Part shown: piece by piece, positions 55,331 through 64,000 of the stretch
Layout of the letters: every line of letters begins with the position of its first letter
How positions within the stretch are numbered: position 1 is the first letter of the stretch
DNA from: Octopus vulgaris
Taxonomy: Eukaryota
Direction of reading: 5' to 3'
Assembly (NCBI GenBank): GCA_951406725.2
Contig: OX597826.1
Span: 35,712,001-35,776,000, forward strand
DNA length: 64,000 bases
Translations under genes and position numbers: made by a program
The notes under the pieces: model-generated
What the model was told of the DNA's origin: nothing
The model's input: the letters and a program-made list of their open reading frames with translations, nothing else
Databases searched by the model: none

Positions 55331-56189
55331 CAGTGTGCATACTCAACAGAGTGTAAGTACCTTGAGAGAAGAGTTGGACCTAAGAAGCATCAGGTGTGGT
55401 GTGCAAAAGAGACGACTGTGCTGGTATGGTCATGTGGTGAGAATGGATGAGGATAGCTGTGTGAAAAAGTGCCACACCCTACTGGTTGAGGGGAACTTGT
55501 GGAAGAGGTAGACCCAGGAAGACCTGGGATTAGGCCTCACCAAGGCAATGACTAGTGACTGAGACCTTTGGAAATATGCTGTGCATGAGAAGACCCAGCA
55601 AGCCAAGTGAGACCATAACCCATGGCCTATGCCAGGGGTGTAACCAGCCCACTTATGTGTACCTTTCCTTTAATGGACACTAAACTTTGCTTGTGAAGAC
55701 CTGTTGAGGCAAGTGAAATCGAAATTGAAATCAAATTCGATGACTGGTATCCATGCTCGTGGAGCAATAAGTGTACCATCCAAGTGTGATCATTACCAGA
55801 GCAGCTGACTGGCTTCCGTGCTGGTGGCACGTGAAAAGCACCATTCGAGCATGATCATTATCAGCATTGCCTTACTGGCACTTGAAAAAACATTTGAGTG
55901 AGTTTGTTGCCAGTACTGCTGGACTGGCTCCTGTGCAGGTGGCACATAAAAAACACCATTTGAGTGTGGCCGTTGCCAGTACTGCCTGACTGGCCCTCGT
56001 GCCAGTGGAACATAAAAGTACTCACTACACTCTCAGAGTGGTTGGCGTTAGGAAGGGCATCCAGCTGTAGAAACTCTGCCAGATCAGATTGGAGCCTGGT
56101 GCAGCCATCTGGTTTGCCAGTCCTCAGTCAAATCGTCCAACCCATGCCAGCATGGAAAGCAGACGTTAAACGATGATGATGATGATGAT
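55331..56189 (+). mobile_element. RTE-clade LINE 3' fragment (ORF C-terminus, 3' UTR with 66-bp repeats, (GAT)n tail)
   Basis: Translates to SVSTLREELDLRSIRCGVQKRRLCWYGHVVRMDEDSCVKK..., followed by a GRPRKTW-like segment. The 3' UTR contains ggttggcgttaggaagggcatcca and ends ttaaacgatgatgatg. Confidence 0.85.
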
Positions 56190-57856
56190 TGGTTGACTGT
56201 ATGAGACCGACTGCTTGAGGAATTTCAGTTTTTGGAGAAGAAAGAACATGCTTATAAATGCTGATTAAATATGACAGAATTATCAAATAACGTACTGGGA
56301 AAGAAATTTCGTTTCTGTTGCTTTTCTTTATTTTAATTCTAGCAAAAGGATATGGCACTCCTTGATAAAGATCCCTATTTCTTCAGGCCTTTTTATATAC
56401 TAAGTGACTTTTGACTTGAAGAAGGAATAAAAAATAAAATAAGCACAGCAGAAACTCTTGAAAAGTAATATTATATGAAAATTAAATAAAAAACTGTAAG
56501 ACTTTATCCAAATTCTTCTTTCTTTATGAATTGCAGTGTGTGAATTTCAAATTTCAAATAACTCGTTATAGGAATAGTCATGTTTTAATTAATTGTGTTA
56601 TGAATGCTAAATAGAATGTGGCATCGAGTAGCATGGTGAGAAAATGTAAAAATTTCTGGAAGGGTTTTTTTAAGGTTTTAATTGGATTTCTGTGTTAACT
56701 TCAAGACATCTGAGAATATAATAATAATGTTTTATATTTCCCTTAAATATTAATAATTATTTTCTTATGAAAATCATTAAAAATAAAAAGCAAACATTCT
56801 TATGCATCTATATATTTATCTATGTTACTATAAGTTGGGTGGCCTCAAAGTTAAAATATTTGCGTCTCTCCTTTAAGCCATTATTTTATAAATATACATA
56901 ATAGTGGATTATGTTCAGTAATCAACAGATTATGATGAACATTAAGATGAATATTATGAAGTCAGTTTTAACATCCTCTTCTGAGGTAAATAGCATGTGA
57001 TGCTTCTCTATGCATTATGCACAGAAATAGTGCAAACCTGATAATGTAGAATGGTCAAAGAGAGATTTGGAATGGAAGAAAAATGTCAAGCATTCAGTTA
57101 AAAAGATAGACATTGATACAGTTAAGAAGCTTACCTCACAGTCAACATTTGAAAGGCACGTGTGCTGGTGAAAAGTAAAATAGTGCTCAGTAAGATTTGA
57201 ACTCAAATAATACTGATTTCTAAACCTAGCAGAAGGCCACACTTTTGAGGGGAAATTGTAATCAGTTAGGTTGACCACTGAAGGATGAATGGTGAAATTG
57301 ATCCTCAAAGCATTTACCTTTTTTTATTTGTCCCAGGGTCAATAAAATAATTACATACATAGGTATACAGAAAACTGGAGTAAGGTCAGTTGATTCTATT
57401 GATCTTAGAGGGAAGAAGGGCAAAATGAATCCAGGTGGAATTTGAATTCAAAATGTAGAGCTGTATGCCAGTAACATGTGAAAGGTACCTGTGCAACTGA
57501 CATGTGGTGGTGGTGGTGATGGTGGAGAACAAGTGAGGATGGCAATGATAACGACACCAACAACAGCAGCAATAATGATATGTAAAGGATTATTGTATTA
57601 AGTATAAAACCTCAGACTATCAGAAGATCCAAAATGAGATCCGACTACAATCATAGCTTTGTCAAAGGCATTAGAAATACAAGCTAAGCTAAATTAGGAT
57701 TTCCAATATTGGCACCACAAGTCCAGTAATTTTTGGTGAGAGTGTTTGCTGATAACACATCAATCCAGTACTTGAGTTGTACTTTATTTTATCGGCCCCA
57801 AAATAATGACAAGGGAAGTTGGCCTTGATGGCATTTGAACTCAAAACGTAACAACC

Positions 57857-58816
57857 CTTGGGCCCTTGTTGTTCTTAGTCTTCATAAATTACTTGCCTGA
57901 CGACCTCACGCAACACACCCTTCTATTTGCCGACGATATCAAACTGGTCGCTCCTCGCGGTAATATGGAGGATCTTCGTCGATGCCTCCACCAAATTTGG
58001 AAGTGGTCTAACGATTGGGACCTGTGTCTGAATGTGTCAAAGTGCCGTCATCTGCCTGTCGGCTCTACTCCTACAACTCAACTTGATTTCGAGCCGGGTC
58101 GTCTGCTGCTGGAGAGGACCGATCAGGTAAAGGACCTGGGTATCTTGGTGGATTCCTCCTTTTCGCCTTCGGCCCAGTGCGTCCATGCTGCCAACAAAGC
58201 ACGCGGAATTCTGTTCTTGATTCGACGGTCATTTGGAATGCTCACAGCAGCCATATTCCTACCACTCTATGTCACGCTGGTGAGACCCATATTGGAGTAT
58301 GGGATTCAAGCCTCTTCTCCTTATCTCCTCAAAGACATACAGCATCTCGAAAGAGTCCAGAAGCTGGCTAACCGCATGGTTCATGGTCTCAAAAATTTGT
58401 CCTACGAAGAAAGGCTGAGGACGCTCGACCTTTATTCTCTTGAAAAACGCCACCGCCGTGGTGATCTCATTCTCGCCCACAACATCATAAGCGGAAAGTG
58501 TAACCTCTCGAAAGAGCTGTTCTTCACTCCTGCTCCAGAGCGTCGGCTGCGGGGTCATTCCGAAAAGCTCTACCTGCGACGATTTCATCTCAATCGAAGG
58601 AGAGGAGCTTTCTCCGTCCGGGTTGCGGATCCGTGGAACAAGCTGCCAGATGAGATGGTGAAGATGCCGACGACCGCTTTGTTCAAAGCCTCCCTGGACC
58701 TCAAGTGGCCTGAACTCTTTACATGAACACCACCCTGTACTTAACTCCATGTACCCCTACATGGCCTTGCTATTTGCTTTTGAGCCAAATTAACTAAATA
58801 ACTAACTAACTAACCC
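57857..58816 (+). mobile_element. 5'-truncated CR1/L2-group non-LTR retrotransposon (RT C-terminal half, 3' UTR, (TAAC)n tail)
   Basis: The uninterrupted frame reads LGPLLFLVFIN...LFADDIKL...LYVTLVRPILEY...LERVQK...LSYEERL...RGDLI...RLRGH...FSVRVADPWNKLP, the typical CR1-clade RT and C-terminal motifs. It is GC/CpG-richer than the flanks and ends in taactaaataactaactaactaac. AACCC occurs at both junctions (57853-57857, 58812-58816). Confidence 0.93.
57866..58726 (+). CDS. Partial reverse transcriptase ORF2 of the CR1-type LINE (no true start; truncated within the QGSVLGP motif)
   Basis: 286-aa ORF in the track with the catalytic FADD motif and no internal stops. Confidence 0.85.
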   Translation: MLFLVFINYLPDDLTQHTLLFADDIKLVAPRGNMEDLRRCLHQIWKWSNDWDLCLNVSKCRHLPVGSTPTTQLDFEPGRLLLERTDQVKDLGILVDSSFSPSAQCVHAANKARGILFLIRRSFGMLTAAIFLPLYVTLVRPILEYGIQASSPYLLKDIQHLERVQKLANRMVHGLKNLSYEERLRTLDLYSLEKRHRRGDLILAHNIISGKCNLSKELFFTPAPERRLRGHSEKLYLRRFHLNRRRGAFSVRVADPWNKLPDEMVKMPTTALFKASLDLKWPELFT

Positions 58817-59788
58817 AGAAGAAATACTGCTAAACATTTTTGCCCAATGCACTAAAGATTCAACCAGCTCGCTATGTTAAGAAGCTAAGCTAAATAATGA
58901 CAACAGTATTTCTTTTGTAAATATATAATTCTGTTACATTGTACCACTCTACATCATAAAACATGATTCTTTATTTTGAAGCATCCTTCTCCAAACGCCA
59001 AGTTATTATTTCACATCTGAATGCTTATTTATCATAGTATTTGGGCTGAAAATTAAAATTCCAAATTATCATCTCAAATGCAGTTCTTTTACTGATAAGG
59101 TATTGATCTAGAGAATTGAAGCCACCAGCAGCTGTTTTCTTCAGATATATTTGAGTATTTGACAAGCTTATAATTCTATATGATTCGAGATACTTTCTTC
59201 ATTTATTTCAAATGCAAAATTGCTGAAAATTACATTGGATTTAGAAACAAAGCCAGGAATAAAACCATTTATGATTGCAGATCAGTGGCAAAGTTCAACA
59301 TTGGTGACAGTTCATCAAAGACCCCTTCTGATTCTTGTAACTGAAATAATAAAACAACAAAACCAGCCAAGTACATTATCGTCATTTTAATCATCATTTA
59401 TAGGTTGACTTTTCCATTATTTGAATAAGTCAGACAGGAACCAGTGAGTGTTGCCAACAGGAAGGGCTGGCTGTCTTTCTTGTTAAAAACACAGAGTTTT
59501 CCCAAGCAAGATAATAGTTTCCCCATAGCCGTAATAATATTTCCCTGTTCTGGTGCCACATAAAAAAACACCCAGTTCACTCTGTGAAATGATTGGCATT
59601 AGGAAGGGCATACAGATATAGAAACCATGCCAAAACAGACAGAGGAGCATCATGCAGTCCTTGACTCAGTGGATCCTTGTTAAACCATCCATATTAAACC
59701 CATGCCAGTTTGGAACATGGATGTCAAATGATGATCACACTGATATATGTATGTGAATAAATACATATATATATATATACATATTATT

Positions 59789-59978
59789 TACATTATTTAC
59801 ATTCGACGGATATTTGTCCTCATCTTGTTTGTTGTAAACATGTTTCAGCTGATTTACCCTCCAGCCTTCTTCAGGTGGCTTAGGGAAATTTCGAACCTGG
59901 GTTCTCAAACAAGATGAGGGCAAATATCCATCGAATGTAAATAATGTACATAATTCCTCATCTCTTAAATATAGAACT
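59789..59978. mobile_element. Penelope-like terminal fragment with a 42-bp inverted repeat and a degenerate hammerhead (59836-59877, minus strand)
   Basis: 59789-59830 is the reverse complement of 59907-59948 with about 2 mismatches. The minus strand reads CUGAAGA-A-GGCUG...CAGCU-GAAACAUG. Confidence 0.6.
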
Positions 59979-60982
59979 TTATATATATACATGTGTGAGT
60001 ATATATATATATGTGTGTATATATGTGCATATATATATGTGTGTGTGTGTGTGTGTGTATGTGTGTGTGTGTGTGTGTATGTGTGTGTGTGTGTGTATGT
60101 ATATATATATGTATATAAATATGTATGTATTCTTTTACTTCAGTCATTTGACTGCAGTCATGCTGGAGCACCGCCTTTAGTCGTGCAAATGTATATATGT
60201 GTGTGATAGGCTTCTTTCCATTTCCATCTACCAAATTCACTTGCAAGATATTGGTCAGTCTTCTGGTGCTTTAGCGGAAGACAAATGCCCAAGGTGCCAT
60301 TCACTATGGATGAACTGGAAACCATGAGCTTGCAATGCAAATTTCTGAACAGTGTAAGCATGCCAACACTTGCATGTGTGTCTGTGTGCACATATATATA
60401 TATATGTAGATATGTTCCTGTATGTACGTGTGTATGTGCATGCCTTTATAGATATTTCTACATGTGTGTATGTATATATACATACATGTGGAAATATCTA
60501 TAAAGGCATACACGTGTGTGTATGTATATATACATACACACGCATGTGTATGTGTATTTCCATGTGTGTGTATGTATATATACAAACCAGCAGACACACA
60601 AACATATACACACAGACCAACACACACACACACACACATATATACACCGAGAAAAGCAGAGCGGCATAAAGAGAAAGATAGCAAGAGGTGGGAGAAAATT
60701 TTCAAGAAGAAAGCAGGCATCTGAAATTTGTCCTTAAGAAATGCAGTCAGAACTTTATCATGAAATAGCACTGTAATTCCTTTAACATTCATCGTTATCA
60801 TTAAGCAGGAAGTTCGTTTAATTTATTGTTGATGAGATGAAATATAAACCTCCTTCAGGAAACAAAAACATATAAAACAAGAAATCCTGAGAAACTTGAA
60901 GTAATACTTCAAATTTCTTGAAAGATTTTGTAATTAATAATTAACAGATAATATATGTATATGTGTACATGTATATATGTGT

Positions 60983-61023
<41 letters not shown>

Positions 61024-61533
61024 AAGTATATATATCATAGTCATCATCATCATCACAATTTAACATCCGCTTTTCATGCTGCCATGGGTTGGGTTGTTTG
61101 ACAGAAGACTCTGCTAAGCTCTGCAGTCTCTTTTACAAGATTTCTACAGCTTGATGCCCAACCTAGCACCAACCATTTTGCAGAGTGGATTAAATGCTTT
61201 TTATGTGGCACCAGCATCAGTGAGGTTACTAAATGATTTAGAAGAGAAGAACCCATAACTGAAAGGGAGATAGGTATTGGGGAAGTCAATTTGAGCCAGA
61301 CGAGTGATTAAAGTATGAATAGAAGGACAGAAGTGGGTGTCTGAGGGGAGAGGAACTTTTGACCAACCCTGGAAATATAAAGGGTATGGCGAATAAACTG
61401 TTATTATGCAAAAGTGAAAATAACACTGACATCTCATTTTAACAGATGATGATAATGATATTTACTGAAATTACATAAAAATATCTTGAAATACTAAAGA
61501 ATAAACACAGACACACATATACATACATACATA

Positions 61534-61575
<42 letters not shown>

Positions 61576-62651
61576 CAAAATAAGCAACAAGGATATCCAA
61601 GGTAGTGTAGTACAATCGTTTCATGCTACTTCATTTTATTAAACAATTGCATTGTTTAATATAATTTTGATTATAATCACCCCATTTGATTTATATGGAT
61701 AATACCATACCAAATTCTGGTGCCTTTAAATTAAGTACCATATTCATCTGAATCTAAATTTTGCTGAACTTATATATCATCATCATCATCATCATTTAAC
61801 GTCCACTTTCCATGCTAGCATGGGTTGGACGGTTTGACTGTGGGCTGGCGAACCAGATGGCTGAACCAGGCTCAGGCTTCTTTCAGTTTCTGTCTAACAA
61901 ATTCACTCACAAGGCGTTGGTTGGCCCAAGGCTGTTGTGAAGACACTTACCCAAGGTGCGATGCAATGGGACTGAACCCAGAACCATGTAGTTGGTAAGC
62001 AAGCTATTTACCACACAACCACTCCAGCGCCTCTATGAAAAAAAATTGTTTAAATATTTTATGTATTGTAGAAACATAGTCAGTTTATTGCAGATAAACT
62101 TTAACAACCCCTTAAGGGCCATATGGACCCTGTTGAGAACCACTGATTCACTCCATCCATCACACAATATCTCCAACCAAATGCAGTATCATTTGGGAGA
62201 CTGTTTCTGATCCCCAATTTCTAAAATGTTTAATTTATCTAATATCTGTTTCATCCTTCCATCTTGTCTGATGTTGTGGCTTGGTTTTCTGGCATAAATT
62301 TCTGTAAGAGCAAAACTGTGTTCACCTCTATAGAAATACAGGCACCGTTGGCAGCCAAAAGTAACCAAGTTGTAGAACCATCGGATGTCAGTATCATAAA
62401 ACACACCCAATGTCATAATGCATCACATTCCGCAAAGAATTAAACCAATTTCCTCCACAGACACATGTAACTCTCAAGTATTTCACAGCCTGCTTGGAAT
62501 TTTATGAACGATGAGAATTATGATGAACCCATGTGTGTGTATATGTGCATATGTATACATACAAGATATATGTACACATATGTACCAATATATATAGGTA
62601 TATGCTGTGTGTTTGTGTACATAGGCATATATGTATGTGAGCATATATATG

Positions 62652-62686
<35 letters not shown>

Positions 62687-63122
62687 ATGTGTGTGTGTGT
62701 GTGTGTGCGTATGAGTGTGTGTGTGTGTATATATATACACACTTAGAATTCAATGTGGTATACTGGATATCCTGCTGACACTTTGAACAGCAACTAATCG
62801 TCTGTCTTTATATATACGTACCTGCGGTTGTATATTGATATATAAAACTGTATGTATGTATATATATGTAAATGTGTGTGTGTGTATGATGTATATATGC
62901 GTGTCTATTGATTTTTATGGGTTAAAAGATCTACAGAAATAGATAGAATTCTTCCTTAGGTGAATTTTTCCACTATTTTACACACATCCACACATAAACA
63001 CATACACACACACAAACACATATAAACACATGTATACGCACACACACATGCTAATCACTTTTTACGTATATCGTTCACCATTACTATTGTTGTTGTTCTT
63101 TTCGTTGCTGTTGTTGTTGTTG

Positions 63123-63211
<89 letters not shown>

Positions 63212-63683
63212 GCAAGAGTGAAGTATTCATTAGAACATAAATACAACATATTTCGGAACCAATGCTACAAATGTAACACAAAAGTAAATAGCAATGGTAG
63301 TGGTGAAGGTGATGATGATGATGATGATAACCTTAAATAGAAGAAAAGATGAATGAGGAGAAATAGGAGTAGGAGGAGAAAGAAAAGGACGAGAAGAAGA
63401 AGAAGAAGACTGAATGCAATCCAATAAGTTGATTTGTGTAATGAAAGAATCTATTTTTAGTTCTCAAGATAAAAGCTAAAAATATAAAAGTGAAGAAGAC
63501 GGAATCTGGTCCATTTTTATTGATACATTTTCTTCACCATTGGCCAATTCCATGTCTTTTATTATGGTAAATGTAAAAGTAGATGAAGACATGTGACTGT
63601 GAAAAGGTAGCAACCGTTATCATTGCAGTAGATGGTGGTGGTGGTGGTGGTGGTAGTGGTGGATTAGGTTGCTGCTACTGCTG

Positions 63684-63714
<31 letters not shown>

Positions 63715-64000
63715 TGATGACGATGATAGTGATGATAATGAAGTTGTCTGTCAAGGTTATAAGAGAAATTAAAACGACGATTATAATGTTTGTTGATTAT
63801 GATTTTAGCAGAAAAGATGGTGGTGATGATGATGGTGGTGACAACAATAATGACAATGTAGAGGAATATTATGATATCATAGCTATGATAATAAAACAAC
63901 AAATCGATACGAAGGCGACAGTATGTGATTCATTTTTCTTGTGGTTTTAAATTCAATGCCCTGTGGTCTGGGTTCAAAACTACCCAAGACAATTCTGCCT

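Noticed and set aside
58259-58750. 163-aa antisense ORF
   Set aside because: A shadow of the LINE RT frame on the opposite strand.
61570-61770. Penelope-type terminus with a hammerhead (gaaacgattgta on the minus strand)
   Set aside because: The CUGAnGA half and stem II could not be located, so it is too incomplete to call.
62189-62416. Possible minus-strand coding exon
   Set aside because: A donor-like site exists near 62324, but I found no good acceptor or recognisable protein motif.

Overview
AT-rich, repeat-saturated eukaryotic DNA, intergenic or intronic. The repeat families look like those I recall from Octopus/cephalopod genomes, but that is inference and unverified. I found no convincing host protein-coding gene: almost all ORF-track entries are translations of (TA)n, (CA)n, (TAA)n or (CAT)n microsatellites. 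Supported content: (1) a young, 5'-truncated CR1-type LINE (57.86-58.82 kb) inserted into a SINE; (2) many RTE-type LINE 3' ends carrying a variable-number 66-bp repeat; (3) an R4/Dong-type 3' end inside a (TAA)n array; (4) several tRNA-derived SINE families; (5) hAT/Charlie-type elements with 8-bp TSDs and piggyBac-like MITEs; (6) Penelope-like remnants, including a decayed GIY-YIG region; (7) a ~400-bp duplication 28 kb apart with a near-identical core. The most notable signal is five hammerhead-ribozyme-like motifs (10.8, 15.7, 36.8, 52.9 and 59.8 kb), two of them inside inverted repeats. All coordinates were read by eye and element edges are approximate.
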